A program made the translations under genes and the position numbers. Below are positions 1 to 9,379 of a stretch of DNA of 64,000 nucleotides, in pieces. Within the stretch, counting starts at the first letter, position 1, and each line of letters opens with the position of its first letter. Source of the stretch: Candidatus Helarchaeota archaeon (GTDB taxonomy: Archaea; Asgardarchaeota; Lokiarchaeia; Helarchaeales; RDOG01); NCBI GenBank assembly GCA_019058315.1, contig JAHPZH010000008.1, positions 128,001-192,000 of the forward strand. The letters are read 5' to 3'. The notes under the pieces were generated by a model. The model worked only from the letters and a program-made list of their open reading frames with translations, did no database searches and was not told the DNA's origin.

Positions 1-972
1 GTCTTTTATCAATTTTTTCCATTCTGTATGACCTAATTTAACTAATGCACGAAAAATATCAGATACCAGAGAAGAGTCTTTAGTCTGATTTAATTTTTCC
101 AAAATTAATTGTAGGAATTCTTCATTTTTACTAAATTTCTCGGCTATTATTGGTAAAATATGACTCCCTCTATGTTCCAAACTTTTAATAAAATCAAAAG
201 TTTCTTTTTCAAAACCAAGATCTAATGCTGCTGCTAATTCTATAATTCTAGCTTGAATATCTATCTTATAATCATGTATAAAGCTTTTATCTCTTTGGAT
301 CGTCTCTTGAGCTTCTGTTTTATCCTCATTAATTTCTTTCAAGTATTTTTTAAAGATTATTTTTAATTCATCTTTTTTCTTGAATTGGTAAGATTCATAA
401 TTCATCCGATTGATAGCTTCAATTAAATGTTTTTTTGTTTCGAAATCACTAGCTTTTGCATTCATAGCATGTTTAAATAATAATTCTTCAACCTCTGGGT
501 CTGGTATTTTATAAAATGAGTATTCAAATACTGATCCCACAATTATATTTGTTTCTTCAGTTTTAACAAATTCCATTAATGGGTTTAAAATGATTGAGTG
601 ATCATGGTAACAAATACGCCCTACAAATACTTCATTAACCTTTTGATGGGATAGTTTGCAACCCAATAACGTTTCAATTATGCTATTATCTTTTAATATT
701 CCAAGGACAATTTGTTGTATTTTAGTTAATATTTCAAGATCCTTGATATCTTCAGCTTTTTTATCCATAATTAGAGTATTTATTCCTTCCCAAGCCCACG
801 CACGAAGTACTGGGTCATTTTTTTCCCATAAATCAAAAAAAATCTTAATATCATCATAAGCAAGAAGTTTCTCTAATGCTTCATAGCCCGGAGATTTAAC
901 TGCATTGGGACCTATTAAATCGCTGCTATAAATTCCCTTTAATTCCTTGATAATTTTCTCTTTATCATTCAT
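1..972 (-). CDS. Hypothetical alpha-helical (HEAT/solenoid-like) protein, runs off the window start
   Basis: My own translation: ATG at 972 (MNDKEKIIKELKGIYSSDLIG...DPVLRAWAWEG...), open to position 1 (...HTEWKKLIKD). Absent from the ORF track because it has no stop in the window. Confidence 0.7.
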   Translation of the reverse strand, partial: MNDKEKIIKELKGIYSSDLIGPNAVKSPGYEALEKLLAYDDIKIFFDLWEKNDPVLRAWAWEGINTLIMDKKAEDIKDLEILTKIQQIVLGILKDNSIIETLLGCKLSHQKVNEVFVGRICYHDHSIILNPLMEFVKTEETNIIVGSVFEYSFYKIPDPEVEELLFKHAMNAKASDFETKKHLIEAINRMNYESYQFKKKDELKIIFKKYLKEINEDKTEAQETIQRDKSFIHDYKIDIQARIIELAAALDLGFEKETFDFIKSLEHRGSHILPIIAEKFSKNEEFLQLILEKLNQTKDSSLVSDIFRALVKLGHTEWKKLIKD

Positions 973-1038
973 AAAATCAAATGAGTAATAATTTAAAGAA
1001 TATCAAGAGAATAAAAGAAAGGATAGAATTAATATGTT

Positions 1039-2637
1039 TTAGGTTGATTTCTTTTTTTCTTTTTTTGAAGAGATATAAAATCCAGGATCAGCAACATTGT
1101 CAGGATCAAATGCTTCTTTTATTTTCCTTAGCCAAATATGATAATCAGAGCAGTGAGGACCGTACCATTCATGCATTTTATCCCCCTCAATAAAAAATGG
1201 AATTCCTAGATGTTTTACTAAATCCATTTCATTGCTTTTTTCCATATATTCAACCACTCCTTTCACAGACTTCTCCGATGTTTGGTCATACATAGTTGGC
1301 ATTTCACAATGATAAAAATGTCCATGTTCATAGCTAGTAACCCAAGCTCCTTCTCCTTCATCATCACCGATAACACCTTGTTTGATATATTTTTTCTTTA
1401 GTGGTATATTATTTTCCATCAGATGACGTGACATGGTAACGGTTTCCATTGCACCATGAGCAGACTGAAATGCACCTGTTATAAGAAATCCATGAAATCC
1501 AAGATTTGCCCTTATACCATCAGCATAGGATATATTTGGAATATCCAATTTTTTCTTTAAAACGATATCTTTACCGCCAGTCTCCTCAACAACACTTTCA
1601 AGAACTTTTTCTTTGTAAAGAAATTCTCGTGAAGTATGTGCTGCTAAAACAACAACGAGAGGTCGTTTATAACGCATCATTGCAGAATAAGTTTTCATTA
1701 AATCTTCTGCTGTAAAGGAAAAAAGTGCTCCAATACCAGCAGAGGAAGTATGAAAGCACATGAAACTGATTCCTTCTTCTTCAATTCTTTCAAGGGCATG
1801 TTCTAGTTGTTCATAGGTTTTGTAACTTATAACATGGTATTGAATGTAATTTGGAATTTCAAAATCATAATCTGGAAGTACACCTTTAATATTCCAAGTA
1901 GTATCGCATGGATATGGATATAATTTAACACATACTTTTGTAAATATGCCTAATCCACTTTTTGCACCAACAAATCCTCGCATAACGCCACGTAAACTAG
2001 GACCCGGGCCATCTCCCGAAAACCAATCAGGATTATCCTTCAAACCCCACGAACCAAGGCGTAATATTTCACCAGTGGGTAAAATCCATTCAACACCTAG
2101 AACATTTCGATCTGAAAAACCTGTACTTGCAGAAGTGAAACCGGGTCCACACATTGAGGTAGCACTGGCTAGTGGAGAACCCATTGGACCACATCCTGGC
2201 ATGTGACAATTCAAACCCACTTTCATTGCTTCTGCTTGCAATTGAGCACCAGAAACGTAGGATTCAACAACAGCATACATATTTTTTTTATCAATTTTGA
2301 TTATTTTATTCATTCGTCGTAAATCTACTACTATAACTCCAGGCATGGATACTTGATTCCAAGGACCTAATCCAGTAGATTGAGCTTTAAATTTTAAACC
2401 ATATTTTTTACAAAGTTTTACTACATTTTGAACTTCTTCAGTTGTTGAAGGAAGAACGACAGCCTCTGGTCTATAATAGAAACCATGAACATCTTTACCT
2501 TCTTTACCATCTATTACATTTAAAAACTCTACACACCAATTAAAGGCGTAAGTGTCAGTGATAACAGGATCGTCAGATATATTCTCAGGACCTAAAACTT
2601 TTTCAAATTCTTCATAAACTTTCTTATCTAAAACCAT
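1039..2637 (-). CDS. FAD-binding oxidoreductase, VAO/PCMH-GlcD superfamily (subunit A)
   Basis: PEAVVLPSTTEEVQNVVK, VDLRRMNKIIKID, VLGVEWILPTGEILRLG, LGIFTK and C-terminal IKEAFDPDNVADPG. Lacks the GEHG motif. Confidence 0.88.
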   Translation of the reverse strand: MVLDKKVYEEFEKVLGPENISDDPVITDTYAFNWCVEFLNVIDGKEGKDVHGFYYRPEAVVLPSTTEEVQNVVKLCKKYGLKFKAQSTGLGPWNQVSMPGVIVVDLRRMNKIIKIDKKNMYAVVESYVSGAQLQAEAMKVGLNCHMPGCGPMGSPLASATSMCGPGFTSASTGFSDRNVLGVEWILPTGEILRLGSWGLKDNPDWFSGDGPGPSLRGVMRGFVGAKSGLGIFTKVCVKLYPYPCDTTWNIKGVLPDYDFEIPNYIQYHVISYKTYEQLEHALERIEEEGISFMCFHTSSAGIGALFSFTAEDLMKTYSAMMRYKRPLVVVLAAHTSREFLYKEKVLESVVEETGGKDIVLKKKLDIPNISYADGIRANLGFHGFLITGAFQSAHGAMETVTMSRHLMENNIPLKKKYIKQGVIGDDEGEGAWVTSYEHGHFYHCEMPTMYDQTSEKSVKGVVEYMEKSNEMDLVKHLGIPFFIEGDKMHEWYGPHCSDYHIWLRKIKEAFDPDNVADPGFYISSKKEKKKST

Positions 2638-2646
2638 TTAACTCAC

Positions 2647-3906
2647 CTACAGAGCCTCAAGAATTAATTCGCTTAAATCATAAAATTTCATTTTATTTCC
2701 TTTTTCTTTAATTGCATCCTTTAAATTGGTAGAACAAAATGGACATGTAGAAATTAAAGCCTCAGCTCCAGTAGCTTCGACTTCTTCAAGTCTGGTTTTT
2801 GCTGTATATAAAGCAAAATCTGGATATGCAGCTTTAACTCCCCCACCAGCTCCGCAACAGTAACTAAATTCTTTAATTCGCTCCATTTCTACAAAATTTA
2901 TTTTGGGTATTTTCATAATTACCTCACGGGGTGGTTCATAGACTCCATAAGTCCCCTTTCTTCTCGGTTTTGGAGGAATTTCTAATTGCACTACGGGCAT
3001 TGGTTCTATCACTTGTCCATGCCACTCTTTATAAGGTTCCGAACACCTTCCCAAATGACAAGGATCATGATAAGTAACTGTCATATCAATTGGTTTTTTT
3101 AATTTCAATTTCCCTTCGTTAATGAGATTAGCGAAATATTCCGAGGAATGTGTGACTTTAAAATTATATTTCATATATTTGGGATAATCTGCCTTAAAAG
3201 TACTGTAACATCCAGCACAACTCATGATGACCTCTTCTATTCCCTTTGCTTGTATTGTTTCGATATTATATTTCATTAATTTTAGCATTTCATCTTTTGC
3301 CCCAGCACGTAATAGTGGGCTTCCGCAACAGAATTCTTCAGAACCTAAAATTGTAAAATCAATTCCTGCAGCATTTAAAACTCGAGCTGTTGCAATAGCA
3401 ATTTCTTTTCTTCTATAAGAGGATGTACAACCTACAAAATAAGCTAATTTTGCATCATCTTTGAGTTTTACATCATCAGGGAGCCAGGATAAGCGTTCTT
3501 CGGCGGGTTCTCCATATGGATTATGATTTTTTATTGTACTTTCAATATATTTCTTATGGAGAGGTAGTGGAGCTTTTCCCTCCTCAACTAATTTTTCCCT
3601 GAATTCCTGAATTACTTCCTGAGGGTCTAATTTATTTAAATATTGACATGAAATAGAACACGATCTACATAAGGTGCATTTATAAACCACATCAAGTAAT
3701 TTATCGGAAGGTTCAATTCTATTCATTAAATATGATAAAGCGACGATAATTCTGCCACCACCAGAATAAGAGTGAAAGTTATATCTGTCAATACTAGGAC
3801 AAGAGGTAGCAAATTTCTGACTTTTAATTTGGATTTGAGGAATCCACTTACAAACACTACATCTTAAACATTTTTTGATCATATCAGCATAATCTTCTAA
3901 TGGCAT
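2647..3906 (-). CDS. Fe-S oxidoreductase with two 4Fe-4S motifs and two CCG domains (GlcF/HdrD-like)
   Basis: CLRCSVC, CTLCRSCSISC, YFVGC, EFCCGSP, SCAGCY, TYHDPCHLGR, CCGAGGG, TCPFC. Confidence 0.92.
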   Translation of the reverse strand: MPLEDYADMIKKCLRCSVCKWIPQIQIKSQKFATSCPSIDRYNFHSYSGGGRIIVALSYLMNRIEPSDKLLDVVYKCTLCRSCSISCQYLNKLDPQEVIQEFREKLVEEGKAPLPLHKKYIESTIKNHNPYGEPAEERLSWLPDDVKLKDDAKLAYFVGCTSSYRRKEIAIATARVLNAAGIDFTILGSEEFCCGSPLLRAGAKDEMLKLMKYNIETIQAKGIEEVIMSCAGCYSTFKADYPKYMKYNFKVTHSSEYFANLINEGKLKLKKPIDMTVTYHDPCHLGRCSEPYKEWHGQVIEPMPVVQLEIPPKPRRKGTYGVYEPPREVIMKIPKINFVEMERIKEFSYCCGAGGGVKAAYPDFALYTAKTRLEEVEATGAEALISTCPFCSTNLKDAIKEKGNKMKFYDLSELILEAL

Positions 3907-3909
3907 TTT

Positions 3910-5388
3910 TTATCCTCCTTTAAAACACAAAACTCCTGGATTTAGAATATTATCGGGGTCAAAAATATTTTTAACTTTCTTTAGAGCCATAGAAATTTCG
4001 GGATCGACTCTTTTATAAATTTCATCTGCCCATTCTCCATATGGTCTATTAAAAAATGCTCCCATGTCCATCAGTTTTATGCTCAATTCAGAATAGATTT
4101 TCTTAACTTTGTTTATTTCCTCTTCGTTTGTCGGATCATAATATAAGTCAAATTCACAGTGACAATTGCATCCTTGGGTCATAGGCTGAATATAGACGCC
4201 AAGATTTTGGACGGAAAATTTCTGAGCTTTTAAAAATTGTTTTGTTTCAGTAACAAAATTAGGAGATTTATCCATTGTTGTTACGAAAAATATGTCTTGA
4301 CAACCACCTTTAAATCGTAATTTCCAATAATTCTTACAAGATTTGGTAATGACTTCGACTATTTGATCATTAGAAATTCCATTAATTTCAGTTAAAACCT
4401 TAGTATTGAATTTTTTAGAAATATCAAGAATATCTGCTTCTAAATAATCTATTCTATCTTTAGCAAATTGGCCTCTACCTAAAACAGAAATAATTACATT
4501 CCATTCTGGTAAGTTTTTCGCTAGATTTTGAATTTTTACTGGATCTTCAAGAATTAAAGATGCAAGGTTAACATTGTTTATAATGAAAAGTTCATCTGGC
4601 ATCCTGAATTTCAAAATTTCATATAAAAAGTCAATAAAATCTAATTTATCAGATTGTAAATAGAATAATTTTCGATTAGAGGGTTTTAATTCACATTTAA
4701 CTGTTGCCCAGCTTACAATACCCATACTTCCTTGCGCTCCTTGCAACACTCTGAACATATTAAATTGGGTAGGCCCCAGCGGATTTTTCATTGCTTGTCC
4801 TACTTCTAATTGTTCTTCGAGTGTTCCAGGACCTGCTGCTGAGCCTGTCCTAAATAAATCTCCCGAACCAAATGTTACTTCTGTACATAATAGAGGATCA
4901 GAAGTATCCCAATGATGGCTAGGCATTATTGTTGGTTCTCTTTCTAGTGCACTAGTTAGGACGGATTTTGAATTACGAGGATATAGAGGTAATAATAAAC
5001 GTAAGCCATGTTTATCAAGCTCTGGTATTAATTGTTCAAATGTAACTCCTGGTTCAATCATAACTACACGATTTTTTTTATCAATTCGAAATATTTTGTT
5101 CATTTTAGAAAGGTCTAAAATAATAGTATCGTCTCTCTTTGGAATTGTATCTCCATGAAACCTAGGACCCGAAGGCGAACTTACTGTTACAATTCCCATT
5201 GAAAGATCATTAGCAATCTTGACAATTTTTGGAATATCTTCAGATTCAGTAAGCCATATTACTGCCTTAGGCTTCACGGATTTTGAAAAACTCAAGTCAT
5301 GTGAATAGTCTTCAATAATTTTAGGATCATTAGAAATATTTTCATTAGCCAATATTTCATTTAATTTTTTCATCAATTCTTCAGTCAA
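3910..5388 (-). CDS. FAD-binding oxidoreductase, VAO/PCMH-GlcD superfamily (subunit B)
   Basis: LDLSKMNKI, IEPGVTF, GAQGSMGIV and C-terminal VKNIFDPDNILNPG. TTG start. Confidence 0.88.
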   Translation of the reverse strand: MTEELMKKLNEILANENISNDPKIIEDYSHDLSFSKSVKPKAVIWLTESEDIPKIVKIANDLSMGIVTVSSPSGPRFHGDTIPKRDDTIILDLSKMNKIFRIDKKNRVVMIEPGVTFEQLIPELDKHGLRLLLPLYPRNSKSVLTSALEREPTIMPSHHWDTSDPLLCTEVTFGSGDLFRTGSAAGPGTLEEQLEVGQAMKNPLGPTQFNMFRVLQGAQGSMGIVSWATVKCELKPSNRKLFYLQSDKLDFIDFLYEILKFRMPDELFIINNVNLASLILEDPVKIQNLAKNLPEWNVIISVLGRGQFAKDRIDYLEADILDISKKFNTKVLTEINGISNDQIVEVITKSCKNYWKLRFKGGCQDIFFVTTMDKSPNFVTETKQFLKAQKFSVQNLGVYIQPMTQGCNCHCEFDLYYDPTNEEEINKVKKIYSELSIKLMDMGAFFNRPYGEWADEIYKRVDPEISMALKKVKNIFDPDNILNPGVLCFKGG

Positions 5389-5479
5389 AATAGATCACTT
5401 ACATTTCCTGTGGTCTTATTTTTTACTATAATTTAAAATATTACATTCATTAAAAAAAAAGAAGAAATTATTTTTAAAA

Positions 5480-5749
5480 TTAGCCTTGTTTGTAAACTAT
5501 GCCAGTTCCACCAGCTGGATAGCGGAATTTAATTGCATCAGCTTCACAAATTTGATAGCAACCACCACATTCTACACATTTCGATTGGTAATCGTCCACT
5601 AAGCTAGCAACACCATCTTTCATTTTCCAAAGATTCATAATACAAATTATAAGGCAACGACCACAACCAATACATCTTTCTTGATCTACTTGAATAAAAT
5701 CTCCAGTTCCAGGAATTCTTTCCATTAAATTTTTAACATCAATTTTCAT
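5480..5749 (-). CDS. FixX-like 2x[4Fe-4S] ferredoxin
   Basis: CIGCGRCLIIC and CVECGGCYQIC, with a FixX-type tail FRYPAGGTGIVYKQG. Directly downstream of the FixC-like gene. Confidence 0.85.
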   Translation of the reverse strand: MKIDVKNLMERIPGTGDFIQVDQERCIGCGRCLIICIMNLWKMKDGVASLVDDYQSKCVECGGCYQICEADAIKFRYPAGGTGIVYKQG

Positions 5750-5770
5750 AATTTTTTCCCTTCAATAGAT

Positions 5771-7186
5771 TTATTTTGGTACAGTAACCTTCAATTTATC
5801 TCGTTCCTTTTTTTTCCGGGGTTGTTTCTTTTTAGGAAGCATACTTTGTATTAAATCATTCATTGTGTTTATTTGATTAATGTCATCTCCCAAGACTTTA
5901 GAAAGTAAAGGAAATACCTCTTGCATAACAAATGGGATCATTTGGGGTGAATAACTACGAACTTTATCAATTATTTGCCGCACTCTTACGGTGTGAGGTT
6001 CCGACCAATCGTATATACCACCTAATACTTCCATCATCATTGGGACAAACCATTCCATCGTTTTTGGTTCGAACGGCAACTTTGACCATATGTGATATAA
6101 TTCAGCTCCTGATTCAAACTCAACTCCAACTGAGGTGTTTCGCCATTTTTCATCATATAATTTAAGGAAATTTTTTGAAGTATCACCTTCTGAAATTGCC
6201 TCTGCTGCTACTTCAGCCGCTGCTCTTCCTGTTACCATCGCGGGATAAATTCCTTCGGCTTCTAACGGACATGGAAAACCTCCAGCATCCCCAATAAGCA
6301 TCACATTATCGGTATGTGTGTCATAGGGATCTGACATCCATGGTAATAAATGTGCTTGAACTTCTCGGGGTTTTGCTTCTAGATTTTTAATTAATCTCTG
6401 AAAATAATCAAGATTAACCACCCGATTTAAATAATATAACGGATTTTTATCCCACCAAGTCAGCCAATTACCTAGACCAATATGAAATCCATCTCTAAAA
6501 AAGACTTGATATGCAGCAGGAAATGTTGCACCCCACCAGACGGCAAGAGCTTCTTCGCCCATAACTTTATCAATATTTTCTGGAGGCACATAAAAGTCAT
6601 ATTGTGGAACTATTGTTATTTGGTGTTGTTGCCATTTATATCTCAGACCTGATTTCTTTGCAACCATTGAAATTGCTCCATCAGCTCCAATGATAATACT
6701 AGCTCTATATTTTTCTCCTTTTTCATCAATTACACCAACGACTTTTCCTTTTTCTTTGATAAGATCTACAATTAAAGTTGATGTTTTTAGTTCTGCCCCC
6801 GCTTCTATGGCAAAATTACAAATCCATGGATCAAAATCCGATCTATAGCAATTCATTGTTATAAAACTCTTAGCGGGCTCATATGTTACCGATTCTGTAG
6901 GTCTTGCCATGACCATCCCAGCGACTTGATCATCCTTATTAATGAAGTAATTCCTGGCATAAACACCTGGTCTCAAAGAAGGGCATTTTTCGGGAGTTAA
7001 TTCTTTCATCATTTCTGGAAAATCGCGCCACATTCGTGGTCCTAAACCGCAACCTGAAGAATTTTTTTCCCCAGATTTGCGACCTCGCTCAAAAAAGATT
7101 GTCTTTAATCCTTTTTCAGCTGCAACTTTTGCGGCGACTGAGCCTCCTGGCCCAGCACCAACAATTATAACATCATAGGTTTTCAA
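5771..7186 (-). CDS. FixC/geranylgeranyl-reductase family FAD-dependent oxidoreductase
   Basis: YDVIIVGAGPGGS, GEKNSSG, RSDFDPW, IGADG, LIGDAGGF..PLEAEGIYPAM. GGAGGT SD before a TTG start. Confidence 0.88.
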   Translation of the reverse strand: MKTYDVIIVGAGPGGSVAAKVAAEKGLKTIFFERGRKSGEKNSSGCGLGPRMWRDFPEMMKELTPEKCPSLRPGVYARNYFINKDDQVAGMVMARPTESVTYEPAKSFITMNCYRSDFDPWICNFAIEAGAELKTSTLIVDLIKEKGKVVGVIDEKGEKYRASIIIGADGAISMVAKKSGLRYKWQQHQITIVPQYDFYVPPENIDKVMGEEALAVWWGATFPAAYQVFFRDGFHIGLGNWLTWWDKNPLYYLNRVVNLDYFQRLIKNLEAKPREVQAHLLPWMSDPYDTHTDNVMLIGDAGGFPCPLEAEGIYPAMVTGRAAAEVAAEAISEGDTSKNFLKLYDEKWRNTSVGVEFESGAELYHIWSKLPFEPKTMEWFVPMMMEVLGGIYDWSEPHTVRVRQIIDKVRSYSPQMIPFVMQEVFPLLSKVLGDDINQINTMNDLIQSMLPKKKQPRKKKERDKLKVTVPK

Positions 7187-7497
7187 TAATTATAACCTCC
7201 TATGCAGTATTAATATATAAATTTTAAAGAAGAACAAATTGAGATATGTTAATTTCAAGCTAAAATATAAAGTATTTTAATTTTAAAATTCAATGACTTA
7301 GCAGTATTTATAAATTTTAACTAAATAATCAAGAATTAATAAATAAAAGTATTAAAATTTAGAATATAAATTGTCTGAAAAAAGCTATTATAAATATCTG
7401 ATAAAAGATAATTTAAAAATATAAGATATATTGAATTTATTGAGACTACCAGTTAAACAATTTTTTCCTTACAATTTAATTCCAAAATAATAGATAT

Positions 7498-8109
7498 TTA
7501 GTCTTCTTTATAATAATCTGATACTTCTCCAGTAATCAATTTACTAACTTTAAGACCAGTTCCAAGCCTTCGAAGTGGTTTTATTGATACTCGTTTTTTC
7601 ATCATTAGCCATACTACTTTCATTAGATTTTTTAATTTAGTGAAAAATCCTCCGGCCAGAACTCCAGCGACAGCCCCAATATCTGAAAAATTTCCTTTAA
7701 GTACGAGAGTAACATCCTCATATATCCAATCCTTGTATTTTAATTTTGGAGTCTCACATTTTATACATTTCTCTATTGTAATAATCTTAATAGGATCAAA
7801 TAATTCCTCTTGATAAACCCTTCCTGTTAAATCTAATTGTTTTTCTTCTGTATTCAGATCCTTCCATTTCCCTTGCCATCCACATTTCTTACAAGTTATT
7901 TTGGGAGTTGAATAACTCTTATAGGTTACCCAGTTTCCTTCTCCTACACCGAAATTGATCACGACGGCTTCATGCTCATCAGGTAAAATAAATTCTACAG
8001 TTTTTCCTTGAATTTTATTTTTTACATATAATTCTTCCCGTTCTTCTGGGGATAATCCCTCAACACATCCAACAAATAATTCGCCTAAAGTTTCTCCTAC
8101 TGATTTCAA
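7498..8109 (-). CDS. Putative SCP2 (sterol carrier)-like lipid-binding protein with inserted Zn ribbon
   Basis: SCP2-like pattern GKTVEFIL..AVVINF..DVTLVLKGNFSDI..KRVSIK..LGTGLKVSKLI, interrupted by CKKC..CIKC. Confidence 0.5.
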   Translation of the reverse strand: MKSVGETLGELFVGCVEGLSPEEREELYVKNKIQGKTVEFILPDEHEAVVINFGVGEGNWVTYKSYSTPKITCKKCGWQGKWKDLNTEEKQLDLTGRVYQEELFDPIKIITIEKCIKCETPKLKYKDWIYEDVTLVLKGNFSDIGAVAGVLAGGFFTKLKNLMKVVWLMMKKRVSIKPLRRLGTGLKVSKLITGEVSDYYKED

Positions 8110-8142
8110 TTCAAACCCTCCAAAATCTCATTCCTTCATTCA

Positions 8143-9297
8143 TTATTTTCTCCCAATTCCAATATTAGTAATATGTTCCTTCCCATAGAATTCTTGTGAT
8201 GGTGTTTTATGGGTAATGTCTGTATAAATTCCATTTAATACTTCATCTTCAGTTAATCCCCATTCATAAGGCATAACCCTAGTACCTTTTGGGTAAACCC
8301 AATCGAACTCTTCCTTTTTAAACTTCTTCTTATTTTTTAAATCAGGAGGTGTGCAACCTAAAGTTTGTCTTGGAGTAGTCACGCCTCTCTCCTTCCAAGT
8401 TTTAATTAAAAAGTCCCAAAATTCTGGTACCTCTTCTCTAAAAAATTCCTGCATTTTTGGCTCAAACCCGTTAATAAATAATCTGTGAGATGTAAGTAAA
8501 CCTGCTAATTTCATTGTCCATTCGGGGCGTCCCATTGTAGTTAATACATTAAAAATTGGTGGCCAAGGCACGTAACAAAACCAAGGAATTGGACGCCCAT
8601 ATACTTTTTGAGCAACAATTCCATCCCATATACCTGCAAGAGAACTCCAGCTTGATGGTTCTGAAAACAAATTAATTGCTGCTGAAAACCAAACCATACA
8701 CATAGAATAAGCTGAATTTGCCCATTGCGGACTTCTTTCATTCCTAATATCTTTTAAAACGTCTAATATATAAAATCCTGCTTTAGTAAAATTCTTAGTA
8801 TTTTTAGGAATCTCACGAAGTCGCAAACCTCTTTTAATGTGCCTTCGCTCGAATACTTCATCATCGCTATAGAGATACCAATAATCTACAGGAACTCCAT
8901 CCTCCATATGACCATTTATAAGCATCTCTAACTCATAATTTGCATCATTTAAAACAATAAATGTTATATCAGTTGATTCACCATAAATGAGTTTTGTACT
9001 TCCCATTTGTAAATCAGATCTAACATATAAAACTGGAGGAAAAAACCACGTAGTTAATACATTTTCAGGATCTTTTATTTCACCACTCATGACTTTTTTA
9101 GCAGAATCAACTGCGATTTTAAATTTTTCATGCATAAATTCTGAACCACTATTCATGAATTTAACTTCTGGATCAGTTGTTTTTTCAGTCCAATACTCAT
9201 GTCCGAGTTCTTGAAATAATCTCCAAAGATGTTCCCCTAAAGGTATTAATGACTTTGAGGGAAAATCTTCTGGAATATCACCATAAGTGTGTACCAT
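8143..9297 (-). CDS. Uncharacterised 'RNERxPQW' family protein, paralog 1
   Basis: 384 aa; shares FPP..RSDL, GHMEDGVPVDYW, RRH, DIRNERSPQW and YVPWP with four other ORFs in the window. Confidence 0.9.
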   Translation of the reverse strand: MVHTYGDIPEDFPSKSLIPLGEHLWRLFQELGHEYWTEKTTDPEVKFMNSGSEFMHEKFKIAVDSAKKVMSGEIKDPENVLTTWFFPPVLYVRSDLQMGSTKLIYGESTDITFIVLNDANYELEMLINGHMEDGVPVDYWYLYSDDEVFERRHIKRGLRLREIPKNTKNFTKAGFYILDVLKDIRNERSPQWANSAYSMCMVWFSAAINLFSEPSSWSSLAGIWDGIVAQKVYGRPIPWFCYVPWPPIFNVLTTMGRPEWTMKLAGLLTSHRLFINGFEPKMQEFFREEVPEFWDFLIKTWKERGVTTPRQTLGCTPPDLKNKKKFKKEEFDWVYPKGTRVMPYEWGLTEDEVLNGIYTDITHKTPSQEFYGKEHITNIGIGRK

Positions 9298-9379
9298 AAA
9301 TTATCTTCCTCTAATTATTATTTCTGGTTTTATAATTGTTCGATAATTATTTGATTTTTATTTGAAATGGATAGTTCTT

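Noticed and set aside
656-1193. Short plus-strand ORFs 656-859 and 981-1193
   Set aside because: They overlap better-supported minus-strand genes (1-972 and 1039-2637).
8143-9297. RNERxPQW proteins as MCR/ACR subunits, capsid or encapsulin proteins, or transposases
   Set aside because: I see no motifs of those families. The copies are too diverged for mobile elements and lack terminal repeats or target duplications.
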